Shown: piece after piece, positions 33,381 through 50,545 of the stretch | Position numbering within the stretch: the stretch's first letter is position 1 | Layout: each line of letters starts with the position of its first letter | Assembly (NCBI RefSeq): GCF_006345805.1 | Contig: NC_043000.1 | Coordinates: forward strand, 71,796,001-71,860,000 | Direction: 5' to 3' | From: Octopus sinensis | Lineage: Eukaryota | DNA length: 64,000 bases | Program-made: the position numbers and the translations under genes | The notes under the pieces: generated by a model | Told to the model about the DNA's origin: nothing | The model's input: the letters and a program-made list of their open reading frames with translations, nothing else | Database searches by the model: none

Positions 33381-34483
33381 TATGTACGCGCACACACATG
33401 CACATACACACACTTCCCCACACCACACGTACATACATACACACTCACACACATACACCACACACAACGGACATACATCTATGCACACACATACATACAC
33501 ACATACTCACATACATTCATCGGACACACTGCCACCCAGACATACACACAGACACACTCACACATCCACACACATACCTACTTACGCGCATACTCGCAGG
33601 CACGCGCACATACGCACTTGCGCCGGCTCGCGCTGCATACGCGCCGCATACACCTCGCCCTTGGACCTGACGAGACCTCCCGCCCGTTCCTGGGACCGTC
33701 GCGTGTCGTTGGGTTTTCCCACGCCTGTCTCCGCAGTACCACTCTTCCATCTTCCCCTCAGCTGGAGTCCTTTTTCCTTAAACCCCCCCCTTTTTCGTTG
33801 CACACATATACACACCTTGCCTATATATACATCACTCTTACACACATTCAATCTACTCGCCATTAATACCACCACGACACTGGACACACACACACACTAC
33901 TACTCAACACACGCTGACACGCTACATAACGCCCCACCCCTTCCCCTCCCTCCCTTCCTCCTTCCTTCTTTTTCTTACTACTGACCTCCCTTCCTCCTCC
34001 TTCTTTTTCTTAGTACTGACCTCGTCTGCTAGCTGACCACTAGTCTCGCCCTACCTCACACGCCTACACACAGACGCACACACTAACACACACATATTTT
34101 TTTGTGTTTTTTCATCTCGCCTCACACACACACATACACACACGCACATGCACACACTCACACATACACACACATCTGTTGGGTTACCAACCTTGTCTCC
34201 ACTCTTTTGCCTTTAAAAACCCACTTTGCTCTTGTTATCGTCAACATCCGCCTTTCACCATGTGCAACTCGTAAACACCAGTCGTCTTTTTTTTCTCTTT
34301 CCCTGTTGCCCCGCTCTGGGATCTTTCTTCCTCTCTCTTCCTTCTTTATGTTTCCGACGAAGAGCTCCGCTCGAAACGTCATACCCCCCTGCTTCCATCG
34401 CCTGAGCGCCTATTAATAATAATACTGTAATTGTTCCTGTTGTTGTTGTTTTTTTTTTTGTTTCCCTTTTGGATTAAAATTAT

Positions 34484-34484
<1 letters not shown>
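33381..34484 (+). repeat. Penelope pseudo-LTR, 3' copy
   Basis: Direct repeat of 26986-28109, followed by (TA)n. Confidence 0.85.
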
Positions 34485-34517
<33 letters not shown>

Positions 34518-34615
34518 CATAACATACACATACATACATACATATATATATATACATATACATACACACACATACATACATATATATACATATACATATA
34601 CATACATACATCCAT

Positions 34616-34664
<49 letters not shown>

Positions 34665-34699
34665 CATCCATATACATACAATAGAGAGATGTTTTGTTT

Positions 34700-34915
34700 C
34701 GCTTTTAACACGTAATATTGAAATAGTGGAGAAGATATGATATTGCTGTGGGCTCGCTCTAGGCAAGAAGTTAAACATTTTTTTTGCCCATGACACTACA
34801 TGGACCCTAAGTAAGGCATGTGTAAAATGTGAATGAAATTGGTTGTGCAGTTCTTAAGTTTTAGGGATTCACACAGACAGACAGACACACATTCTCAGTT
34901 TTATATATAGAGAGA
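34700..34915 (-). mobile_element. Helitron-type non-autonomous element 5' end
   Basis: Minus strand TCTATATATAAAACTGAGAATGTGTGTCTGTCTGTCTG...CAACCAATTTCATTCACATTTT, a typical TC-start Helitron/DINE-like terminus. Confidence 0.55.
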
Positions 34916-36594
34916 TTTAATTTTGTTATGTTTGCATTGCACACGCATTGTTCACCTGTTTTTATGACATGGTTTCTGCTAAATGTTCTCTTTTTGAATG
35001 TTTGCAATATCTTTCTTTGCATGCTGACCCCTACTCTGTATTTTGTTTGTAAAACAAAACAAAATTGTTTTCTCAACGTTCACACACAAACCTGCATGAC
35101 TGCACTCACTCACACACATGCATAGTGCCTTTAGAGATGTTCTCATGTCTGTACCTTCTCAGCTCTTTTCCCCGACTCTGTATATATCGGGTGTCAACTC
35201 ATGCTCTGTCAACATGTCTCTGTTCGACCCCAGGTTGGTCACGAAATTAATAGAGAAAATTATATGTCTCGCGCATCACTCCAGCATGCTACACTGTCGT
35301 TCTTGCTAACTTAGCAAATGCCCACGACAACAATGCCAGACACAATTCACATCTGCACTCTTTTCTAGGTATTTTCACACAAAATGCAATCCTGAAAGAA
35401 AACTTTTGCTGATATCATGGATAGAGAATGCGCACACTCATTCGCCTCAGCTTATTTCACAGCTGCAGGACTTTCTCTCGCACTCATGCACGCTCACTCA
35501 CTGCCTCGGTCACGCAACATTCTACCCTCGTGCACTCTGCGCAGTCGCGCACCGACCGACATATTCTGCATTCTGCACAAGCAAAGCAACACCGCTATTC
35601 GGACGCACACGAATAGATACTTGTCCCGTATACCTTCTCAAGATTCTCTCTCCTGATATGCACAATTTTTCTCAGCCTTGCATCGCATTCACCAGCAACA
35701 AGATACTTTTCACAATTGAACGTTATTTTCACCTTGTCTTCAAATGCATTTTTGTATGAATGCATTCTTTTCCCTAGATCGTTTATTTCCTTTCCTCGGA
35801 ACCTCACTGGGGAGGGGTGTGATGTAGTGGATCTTGCAGGCATGATGTAGATTCGATCCTAGATAGCCAAATTTAAATTAACACTTCAACAGCACTTTTC
35901 TCACGGTAAAACAATAGTTTTTCTGTGGTCTTCGCCACTTGACCCTTGTAACCTCTTCTATTTCACTAAAAGCTAGAATTAAGATAACAAGTACCACAAA
36001 CGAAATTCATTGGTCTCAACGATATGTCTTTCCTTCTGGATAGTTATAAAAAGAAAGAATCCGAGTTAGTGAGAACGAAGTCTGGCTGACCGGCCGGCTG
36101 AACAAAATGCCGTCTCTAAAGAAAAGGGCACAACAGGACAACTATGGTAACTCGCTAACGAGGCAGTTACTTCCTCCCACCCTCTCTCACTCTCACTGGC
36201 TCACTTTATTTTTTCTTACAACGTTGTTCTATCTCTATCTGTAGATTACTACTAAGAGAACGTGTACACAAACTATACATGGAAAATCTACGATATCTAT
36301 CTTTACTTCTCATACTTTACGATTTTATCACCTGGCCGTTGAAGCAAGGTATTTTACAATGAAACAAATATTTTCTTCACAACTTCAATCACTATTCTTT
36401 CATCTTTACATAATGGCAAGCAACAAAAAAACCAATCTTTACAAGCTGATTACGACTCCTACGTTCCATATTATTGTTTACAAATTAATTTCAACTGTCA
36501 CAAATTCCTAATTTCTACCGTTACAGATACTTCTCTTAAAATTCCTATTTTTCTTCTCACAAAACCTTAGAGAAAAAAATCTTGATGTTTCTTG

Positions 36595-36747
36595 CAATAA
36601 ATATATCTAAAGGAAATTTTTTTTCATGGACCCTTAATATACTATTGTGGACGCCCAACTTATTATTTTGTTTGCGTAGATCCCACCCTAGAAAAAAATC
36701 TTGCATGAACCCCTAGGGGTCATACGGACCCCAGTTGAGAACCACTG
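36595..36747 (-). mobile_element. hAT Buster-type MITE end
   Basis: GACCCCAGTTGAGAACCACTG followed by the flank GTCTAAAT (central TA). Confidence 0.55.
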
Positions 36748-36766
36748 GTCTAAATTATGAATGATA

Positions 36767-36829
<63 letters not shown>

Positions 36830-36832
<3 letters not shown>

Positions 36833-37260
36833 AATAAACCATATGCATATATACATACATATATTTACGTACCTACATCTATATGTATATATACATGCAT
36901 ATATAGGTACAGGACACCAAAAAACGTCGAACACAATGAGAAACGAAAACATAAAAACAGAACCGTGGAAACGGACATTTTTTTAAACAACGAAAACACA
37001 GGGTACAAGACATACGACACAAGGAAAATTCCCCTTCTTCAGCCGCCTCCGTTTCGTCAACTCCGCATTTCGAAGGTAAAGGCGAGATACGACTTCTATG
37101 AAACGGTCCTTCCCGCAAATAATTTGAGATTTTTTGTGGAGGGGTAAAAGTGGTAACAAAAACAGGACAGTAAAAACAATACAAGACAGTTAAAATACAA
37201 ATAAAAATAAAAACAGTAAATGACAGGACAAGTAGAACATAAGAAAGTCAATACTCTATT
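36830..37260 (-). repeat. Inverted homologue of 6700-7150
   Basis: Alignment by eye. Confidence 0.7.
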
Positions 37261-37481
37261 CGTTTTAAGGTATACATATTTGCACATGGCATTATATTTT
37301 CTTTATTTTGCATATAAAATTCAACCGAAACATAAGTAATGAATACTTCAGGCTACATGGCTTACTAATAGTTGAAAATCTTTGAAAATCTATGTTCATA
37401 CACATTTATGCTTTTTGATGATAAGACCCTAGTTCACATAAAATTAAATATTTTTGCTTGCGTTCACACACACACATACAC

Positions 37482-37551
<70 letters not shown>

Positions 37552-37553
37552 TG

Positions 37554-37601
<48 letters not shown>

Positions 37602-37620
37602 CCTATCTATCTATCTATCT
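37482..37620. repeat. (TATC)n tract, 5' boundary of the Tx1-A array
   Basis: Direct inspection. Not preceded by a LINE 3' end. Confidence 0.95.
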
Positions 37621-41333
<3,713 letters not shown>

Positions 41334-41655
41334 CTCTATCTATCTATCATGACAGACGCAAGTCAAATGGGCTCCAAGTAAGTTGGTAGTTTTCTACGTT
41401 TAAAATTGTTGATTGTCAAACATTTTATGTCTAAAAGGTGTACAACACCCAACCCATACTTTCATTAACATCCACACAAAATTTCGCCCTTAGTGGGCAA
41501 AATTTAAAAAAATTCTCAAAGGCTTCGTGCTTTTATTTTAGCCATCTTTATTATCAAAAACGGCTACTGGTCACCACGAGGCTAAGGCGCAAGTCAAGCG
41601 TGACGCCGAAACAAAAGAGCAAGACTCCCTGCCACTAAACGCTGAACCTGACAGT

Positions 41656-43559
41656 TTGAAAGCCACTAACACCACCACCACCATCAGCAACAACTACAAA
41701 ACCAGACCGTCCACCGTCACCGCCACCAATGATTCCACCATCAACACCGACACCCTCCTTGACAACGCTTACGACGTTGATTTCCCCATACTGCCTTCAC
41801 CACAATTTCACGAAGGAGGGGAAATGAGGAAAAGCAACACAGACTCAAATGTGAGCCTGAACGCTAACATAACGACCTCTTTTACATAGACTGTTAAACA
41901 ACCGGACTTCACAGTTATTTACTACTACTACGAACGACTCTGCCACAAACATCACCACCAACACCACCACCACCACCATCACCACCACCACCACCATCAC
42001 CATCACCACCACCACCACCACCACCACCACCACCTCCACAAAAAAGACGAATTTCGCGGAAGCAATACGACCGAAAAGAAGAATCTTAAAATTTACTCAT
42101 CAACAAATACAAGACACAATACATTTAAATATTCCACGGAACATTTTAGAAGAAACACAAAAGAAGACCATCATCTACAAAATACTCAACACCAAAACAA
42201 AGAGACCAGAAAGCCCACCTACAGAAAAGACTGAGAAGTGCCTCGCTTCTGTGTGGAAGTTCCGAAATTATGTGAATTGGGGTGTAAATTTGCTACCGTG
42301 CAAGTTCGCTTCCATACGGAAGAACTAGCAAAGAAGTTGTCGACGCTTACTCTGCGCACAGACCAGGTAACAATGGTACCTAGCTACCTTGGGCGCAGAG
42401 TAACGAAAATAACAATAAACAATGTGCCTCCAGAAGTGGATACCCAGTGGCTAGTATCGGCCATCTGCTTCGATATAGAAGCAGATATTTTAGAAATCGC
42501 CGACATTCCAGGGGAAAGCTGGACTGGTAAAAAGCTTGAAATATTGCTTCAAATCACTCAAGAAGCAATAAATAATTTACCAACTGAGAAAAGACCAAAA
42601 ATTGTATGTAGTGGTGGAGGGCAGGAGGCCAAGATGCTATTTGTGCAACAGTGAGGCACACCTCAGATATGATTGCCCAACTGCTGCCAGAAATAGGCAA
42701 CAGCAACCACCTCCAAAACCTGGAAGAAAATCCCTGCTACCCACACCTCCTTCAACGCAAAAGACAGGACAAACAGCAGACGACGTAAAAACTGTTTCCC
42801 CCTCACCAAGAAGAGAAACAAAACCATCACAATTACCTTTGACATCGCAACCAACTAGAGAAACAACATCACCACCAACACCAAAAGACAGACCAACACC
42901 AACACCAGCACCAAGAACAACAACCAAGAAAACAAATAACAATGACGAAAAGACAAATTCTGCCCCTAATACCCCAACAGCACAATCACCACACAAAACA
43001 ACACCTTCTACAAACATACATATAGATGCAAACGCTTTGCCTTTTCCCCCTTCTGATTCGTCAGACTTTTCGTCTAACGACGAAAGTTCGACAGAATGGC
43101 AAATAGCCACCGGGGGTAAAAGAAAAAGATAAAAAAAACAAACAAGAAAATGCAACCAAAGCAGGGATATATCTGGACCCTGAAAGCTCCTTACACAACC
43201 AAACCAGCACCAACACCAGAAAAACACACACAATGCTATCAGCGATAGACACCAAAGACTCAAAACTAATGGAGTACATCACAGCTCACACAAACATCTG
43301 TGAAGATGACTTCAAAACTAACAACCATCCACACACTACACTACCCAAACACATCAAAATACTACACATCACACAAACATTACACCACACACTCAAAGCC
43401 CTCTTTCCAAATGCGGTTGGGGGGTTCCAAAAGTATCTATCGAAAAAACTCTATAAAAACCTCCTCCAAGACACATCAAAGGACGAGGAAGCCAAAACTT
43501 TCGTCACAAGTAACTCTCTGCACCTTCCTTTTTGTGTTTTAAAGCACACACCTCAATAG
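41656..43559 (+). pseudogene. Tx1-A ORF1 (gag-like, CCHC knuckle), frameshifted; start uncertain
   Basis: DFPILPSP, ATVQVRFHTEELA...LGRRVTKITINNVPPE and CYLCNSEAHLRYDC. (ACC)n run at about 41945-42035. Stop 4 nt before the ORF2 ATG. Confidence 0.8.
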
Positions 43560-43563
43560 GATC

Positions 43564-46500
43564 ATGGTCAAGATTGGTTGTGTGAATGCGCGTGGCTTGG
43601 GGTCTCCTTGGAAACAAGGGTACCTCCTAAATGACATCAAGTCACTCGATTTGGGAATCATAGCCATAAATGAGACCAGACTCCACGAGCCACGGGCCCT
43701 AAAGTCCATGTTTGGCGGACAGTTTATCATTTATTTTTCTCCCTGTCTGCCGAGGATGGGCGGTAGTGGCACCGCGGTACTTTTTCACAAGAACCTGGAT
43801 CTCGAGGTCAAGACGATATTCGTAGACCCGGAGGGTAGACTGGTCGTCCTGGATGTCGACGGCAGCAATGGGTGCGCTTTTCGACTCGTATCAGTCTATG
43901 CCGGATTTCTTTTGACGTCTAGAAGTATTCCTGGGAACATCTCGTCCTTTACTTTTAGTGGGGGATTGGAATGCTCCCTTGGACACGCATCTAGACTATG
44001 TGGGGAGAGACAAAAACAGAAGGGGATGCAAATGCCACAGAGGCCTGCTCAGACGATTCCAACTGTCTGACAGGTACCGACTCGACCACCCAAATGCACC
44101 AACATGGACATGGAGCAACCGCAGTGGGTCATCGAGATCGTACCTAGATAGGATACTGTGTAGGACAGTAGACAGGGATAATTTAGGATGTCCACAATTC
44201 CACATAGTCAGCTACACGGATCACAAATTCGTGACGTGTATGCTAGACTTAGACAAGGCACATAGACAGGGTCCCGGTTACTGGAAACTAAACGCATCTT
44301 TCCCGTCCAGACAGGTTTTCAGAGACAGAATCAGCACGTTAGTAAAGAGGGCTTTAACGGGAGCTATCGTCAACAACAAATGGTGGTTCGCCCTCAAGAG
44401 AGCAGTAAAAGCGGAAGCAATTAGATATAGCAAGGCACTAGCCGTAGATAGAAATAGAGTAGAGTGTGAGATAGTTAAGAAGTTAGAAGAGGCAATAAGA
44501 AGCGGCATCACATCCGACGTTTTGGCGGCGAGGTTGGCCCTCGACCAACACTTCAACGCCAAACACGAAGGGTGTGCTGTCAGGGCTAGGATGCGTGCTC
44601 AAAGGATGGAAAGTGTTGGAGCCGCGAGAGAGGCCCTGGTGGCGGAGGCGCAGCTGGGCAACAAAGCCACCATTCTGTCTCTGGTAGACGAACAAGGGCG
44701 CGAATTGCTCGAGCCCAGCAAGATGTGCGAGGCATTTCAGCGGCACTTTGCCCGACTGTACGGGACGAGTGGCGAGCGTGAACGCAGGGTTGACTTCAGT
44801 GCCTACCTGCACAGCCTGCCACGACTCTCGGCAAGAGAGGCAAGGTGCTGCGAAGGTGCCATCACGGCGGCAGATGTGCGGGACGCAATGGCAGAATGCT
44901 CGAGAGACAAATCGCCGGGTTTGGATGGTCTGCCCTACGAGTTTTACAATTGTATGCCAGACTTGTTTGGAGACGTCTTGGATCTAAACAAGAGGAATGT
45001 AATAGATAACTTTATGCAGACTTGAAAATTTTGGCCAAGGTGTTAGCCAAGAATTTGGCGCTTGTCATCGAGAAACTGGTCGACGGCGCAAACGTGCGCC
45101 GTGCCGGGCCGGAGCATCCATGACAACCTCCACCTGATGCGCTACATCATAGAAAGAGTAGTTAAGGAACCTGGCATGGGTGGGGCGCTGATCAATTTGG
45201 ATCAATCGAAAGCCTTCGATAGGGTAGACCATTGATACTTGGAGGCTGCCCTTAGAGCGGCTGGTTTCGGTCCCGTCTTCCGCGGCCGGATAGCCGCTTT
45301 GTACAGAGGCATCCGTTCGTTAATTCGCGTAAATGGACATCTATCGAGACCTTTCGACATTGCACGTTCGGTCCGTCAGGGATGCCCCCTCTCGTCGCTT
45401 CTCTACGTATTGACTCTCGAGCCACTACTGCGGAAGCTGGCGACTCTGAGGGGCATCCCGCGAGAACTGGGATGCGGGACGAGTGTGTCTGCATACGCGG
45501 ACGACGTCACCGTCATAGCGTCAAACCACGAGCACATCGAGCTGGTCGGCGAGACACTGAAAGACTACGAAGCGGTGATAGGAGCGAAAATCAACCGGGA
45601 AAAATCAGTGGGCTTGCCACTCGTCACCTGGAGAAGCAAGCCCATGCCGTCCACCAGCGCCTCCGTCGTGGGACGCTGGACCGACGGTCCGGTCGAGTTG
45701 CTCGAGGTCTGGTTCGGTTCAGACGTCCAAATGGAGAAGAACTGGAACGAGATAACGAGTAGGGTGGTCAGTCTCACAAGGCAATGGGCTGAGAGGAAAG
45801 TGTCCCTAAAAATTCGGGTGGAGGTGGCGAAGACGTACATCACGTCCATCATCTACTACCGCCTGACCGTCGTACCTTGTCCCGACCCTACCATCACCAA
45901 ACTAGAACGCATTCTCTTCCGCCTCTTGTGGAAAGGATGCGTCCCGATGGTCAGGCGATCCATTTTCTGTTAGCACCCGTTAAAAGGAGGACTGGGCATG
46001 CCGTGGTTGATGATGCGCAGACACGCGCTGAGACTGCGACATCGCCAGCTCTGTGTAGACGACGGTGAACAGGTGTGGTCGCCGTTTGTGAGGCACGCCT
46101 TCCCGCAGATCGTCTCCATGACCGAACTGCAGTCGTTGATCAAAAAGAGGCCGAGGAAGGGCGGTGGCACCGCGAGTGTCGCGTTGCTCTCAAGCAACTA
46201 TGCCGTTCCGGGTCGACCTTGAGTGACTTCAACACAACCAAAGCATTCTATAGGGGATTAGTGGAGGGGAGGTACGACGACGATATTGGGGCGAACCAGG
46301 GCGTCGACGAGGAATACCTGACCCGCCTGTTTGAGACGACTTTCGGGCCGGGATCATGGACAACTTCCAGAGATCCCTGGCCTGGCAGTGCTACCCGTTC
46401 GGGATAAGCTCTATAGGCATGGCTCGAGAAACACGGGGCTGACCTGCCCGAGATGCGATCAGAGCGACGAAACCGTTCTGCACGCAATCGTGCAGTGTCC

Positions 46501-46864
46501 AACAATCTCCGACCTGTGGGCTTATGTCGAACGACTGCTGTCACGTGTGGGACGTGTAGGTTAATCAGCCGAGTATATCGTTAATATCGTCACGCCTCCT
46601 TCCTTTAAACGGGAAGGAAGAGCTATTTGTATCATACTTGTGGCTATGGCGAAAGAATGTATCTGGTGGACGCGCCTGAAAGGATTAGAGACAAACACTT
46701 TCCTCTCTGGTCAATCTCTCATCAACTTCTTCAAGTATCACTTGAAAAGGAAAGTGAGAGTAGAGAGGCAAGTTTTGTCTAGTGAATGTTTTAAAAAAGA
46801 TGGGTGAATGTAGCAAGGATGGCACGTATGAATGACGAAGCCACCTTGAGTATGATCCTATTAA
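43564..46864 (+). pseudogene. Tx1-A ORF2 (APE endonuclease, RT, CCHC), frameshifted
   Basis: IGCVNARGL, AINET, GDWNAP, SYLDRIL, TDHK, GPGYWKLNAS, RQGCPLS, SAYADDV and CPRC-x8-H-x4-C. Confidence 0.9.
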
Positions 46865-47228
46865 CCGTAAAAATTTAATACAGATAGTTACTTATTTGTA
46901 AAAAAATATCACATGTGACTTCATTGACCGAGGTTACCGTGGTCTTTTCCGTAGGCTTTTCTTTCCACGGGTAAACCTCACCTGTCCTCCCCTTTACACT
47001 TTATATTGACATTTCTGTGATAACGATCCCTATTGATCGATTTGTTCTTTTTCCTTTTATTTTTAGTTTTTCCCTTTTTTTTGCTTTCCTCTTTTTTTCC
47101 TTTTACGATCCCTTTTGATCGACCCCCCCCTTTTTATCCCCCAAAAGAAAAGCTCTACCTTGTAATTTGTCCCGTCTGTGTGCAGCCCTGTGTAGCTAAT
47201 AAAGAAACATATCTATCTATCTATCTAC

Positions 47229-47325
<97 letters not shown>

Positions 47326-47496
47326 AATCTATGCACCTTAACGTGTATATGGATTTATGAATATTCTCATCTATTGAACTTACGAACGTCTCCTTATACT
47401 TGCTTGAATAAGTATGTGTTTCAAGAGGTAGACTAGTCTCAATATTTGAATTTATATGTACTCTTTAATAAGCTTTGTGTTTCATATTTTTATAGG

Positions 47497-47700
47497 CGCA
47501 GGCATGGCTGTGTGGCAAGACGCTTGCTTCCAAACCGCATGGTTCCGAGTTCAGTCCCATTGCGTGACATCTTAGGCAAGTGTCCTCTACTGTAGTCTCG
47601 GGCTTACCAAAGCCTTGTAAGTAGATTTGTCAGACGGAAACTGAAAGAAGCCCGTCGTATAAGTACCAGTGATAACACTGGGATCGATGTAATCGTCCAG
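47497..47700 (+). mobile_element. tRNA-derived SINE head fused to part of a second SINE body
   Basis: GGCGCAGGCATGGCTGTGTGG, GAGTTCAGTCCC, TTAGGCAAGTGTC...GAAAGAAGCCCGTCGTAT, then AAGTACCAGT...GATGTAATCG. Confidence 0.7.
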
Positions 47701-47709
47701 TCCCCTTCT

Positions 47710-48234
47710 ATTATTATTATTATTATTATTATTATTATCATCATCATCATCATTATTATTATTATAATTATTATTATTATTAGTATTATTATTATCATCA
47801 TCATTATTATTTTTCAAATACTGCTGAGGTCGATTTTGCTTTTCATCCTTTCGGGGCCGATGAAATAGTACTAATGAAGCACTGAGGTCGATTTAATCGG
47901 ACTACCCTTCACCCACAAATTTTAGGCCTTCTGCCTATAATAGAAAATATTATTATTATTATATTATTATTATTATTATTATCATCATCATCATCATTAT
48001 TATTATTATAATTATTATTATTATTAGTATTATTATTATCATCATCATTATTATTTTTCAAATACTGCTGAGGTCGATTTTGCTTTTCATCCTTTCGGGG
48101 CCGATGAAATAGTACTAATGAAGCACTGAGGTCGATTTAATCGGACTACCCTTCACCCACAAATTTTAGGCCTTCTGCCTATAATAGAAAATATTATTAT
48201 TATTATTATTATTATAATTATTATTATTATTATT
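47710..48234. repeat. 244-bp tandem duplication of (ATT/ATC)n plus a SINE 3' fragment
   Basis: TTTTCAAATACTGCTGAGGTCG...CCTATAATAGAAAAT at 47811 and 48055. Confidence 0.85.
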
Positions 48235-48292
48235 CATTTGGTAGTTTCAAGCAAATTTCGATTGCATCACCTGCTATACTTCCGTATTGCTA

Positions 48293-48329
<37 letters not shown>

Positions 48330-50471
48330 CGTGTGTGTGTGCGTGTGTGTGTGCGTGTGTGCGCGCGTGTGTGTGTGTTTCAGCTTAGTGTGTTCTTTTT
48401 TTTATTGTTGGGGAGTGCAAACTCATCCCGGTATTGTATTTCATCAGTTTCTTTTGTCTGGGGTCTGTGGTATTTTTAGTGAAAATTTTAAAATCATCCT
48501 TGTACAGGAGATGGTTTATTGTTTGTCCATTGCATCAATAACCCATAGATATATAACTACTTACTCGGTTAAGTCTGTATATATGTCCAGATTTGGCAAG
48601 GACTGGACAGCCAGAGATGATATGGTCAACTGCCTCATTGTGGTGGTTGCACATTCTGCATTATTCTGCATTTGCTGTTAGGGCTTGTTTTCATTATTTT
48701 GCTTTTATAGTTGTTTGTGGTCAGCCATTGGTCTTGTGCAGCGAGAATTAGTCCTTCTGTTTCAGCTTTTAGACCAGAGCTTTTGAGCCATTGTTGGCTT
48801 TTACTTAGGCTCATTTCTTCTCTGTTAAGCCTTGCAGGGTATTGGCCATAGAGTGATTTTTCTCTCCATTTCTTCGTTAGTATGTTTTGTAGTTCTGTTT
48901 TTATGCTGTTTATTGTCTCTAACCATCTCTGCTATATTGTCATCTGAAATCAGTGTATAAATGTAGTTTGTTTGTGTTTTCTATTTTGTTGCATCGTTGT
49001 GTATCGAGAAAAGAGTTTTCTTTTTCTCGTGTTGCCTTATTACATGTAGTAGTCTTCTACTTTTTGTTTCTAAGAATTTTTCAAGTTCAGCTGTTGTTAT
49101 TTTATAGTAGTTCTTTATCTGTCTGGCCGCAGCCTCCTTCTGAGAGGAGTAGATATATCTTGTCTGCATCTGCTTTGGGGTGCTGACTTCGGTATGCTGT
49201 TAAAAGTTTTCTGGTTTTTCTAAGTTTTTCGATTCACCGATCTTCCAGTTTATGTTGAAGATGTAACTTATGACTGGCCTGGCTAACGTGTTTATCCCTA
49301 TTACCTTATTTTTAGCATTGAGCTCAGTGTTTAATATTACTCTAACTCTTCTGTAATACTCTCTCCTAATTTTCTCTTTCATTTCTGTGTGTTGTATCTT
49401 AACTGTTTCGTATATTCCTACTTATCCGTATAGGCGATTGTGGTCTAATTCTCTGAATTCTGTCTCTATGTCGAGTGCAGCGTTTTCAGTGCCGATTAAT
49501 TTGCCTCTTCTCAGCGTCACTTTGGAACATTTGTTCATCCTCATGGTCATCCCGATGTCCTTGCTGAAACTACGGACAATTTTTAGAAGGATTCTTTGTT
49601 CTGTGGTATTTTTAGCGAAAATTTTAAAATCATCCATGTACAAGAGATGTTTTATTGTTTGTCCATAGCATCTACAACCCATGGTGGTTTCATTTAACAA
49701 GTTTGTTTGTGAGGTCAGAGTAAGGCAGAAAAGTAGGGGTGACAGCGAATCTCTTTGGAGAATCTCTTTTCTTATGGGGTTAGGGCAGATTTTAATGACT
49801 TATGATTCATTTTTCAGTGTTATACTGGTTTTCCAATATTGTCTTTCTCCTCTTACAGTCCTTTATAATGGCTCGGTTTACCAAAAATTGCTCCTTTCAA
49901 CCATACATCCCTCTCCGGCACCCTTTTTGTTTTTCTGGTAAAGCATTGTTGTTTTCCAGATGTATTATAAGCCGGTTATAGATGATTGATGTGATGGTTT
50001 TGTGGATTATTGATAAGCATGTTATTGTGGGTGTACGGTGACTTTTGCATTTGGGAATTAGGGCATTTTGTTCTTCCATCATCCATTTTGATGTTGATTC
50101 TGGTTTGCTTATTAACAAATTAAATGCTGGTGCTATGTGAGTATGGGTACTGGGGAGGTGTTTCAGCCAGAAGTTGGGGACCTTGTCTATCCCTGGAGTT
50201 TTTCAGTTACCGGCAGTCCTCAGTGAGTCTATGATCTCTTGGTTTGTGATGGTAGGCCATACGTGCGGTGCTATTTTGCTCTTCCTCCCTTTTTCCCTAT
50301 TCATCCACTGAGAATTATTGTTGTGTTGTTCTTGTTTGCTCTATATTCCTTCTCAGTATGATTGAATCTCTGATGTTGTTGGCATCTCATCTATTGATAC
50401 GGTTTTTTGTTTAACTTTCTGTAAAACCTTTTTGTCGTTGTTTTCACTTCTCTATTTTCTTGGAAGAAACG
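48235..50471 (-). mobile_element. R4/Dong-clade LINE, truncated and internally deleted, flanked by (AAT)n on both sides
   Basis: KTPGIDKVPNFWLKHL, QKGCRRG, DSLSPLLFCL, HLLYMDD, KEKIRREYYRRVRVILNTELNAKNK and EAVDHIISGCPVLAK. The RLE nuclease region is replaced by an about 85-bp repeat of the YMDD region. (GT)n lies in the 3' UTR. Confidence 0.85.
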
Positions 50472-50485
50472 TTATTATATTATTA

Positions 50486-50543
<58 letters not shown>
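50472..50543. repeat. (ATT)n tract shared as 5' flank by the Dong-like and Tx1-B elements
   Basis: Direct inspection. Confidence 0.95.

Positions 50544-50545
<2 letters not shown>

Larger units (their letters stand above)
26986..34484 (+). mobile_element. Penelope-like element with direct pseudo-LTRs
   Basis: PLE RT plus GIY-YIG ORF flanked by about 1.1-kb direct repeats. Confidence 0.85.
41349..47209 (+). mobile_element. Tx1 family A copy 3 (apparently full length, 5.9 kb, disrupted)
   Basis: 5' UTR, ORF1, ORF2 and 3' UTR, followed by (TATC)n at 47210-47325. Deletion in the RT N-terminus near 44990. Confidence 0.92.

Noticed and set aside
31400-34800. Many long His/Thr/Tyr or Cys/Val/Met ORFs (e.g. 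32557-33984, 475 aa)
   Set aside because: Translation artefacts of CA/TA simple repeats, which lack stop codons.
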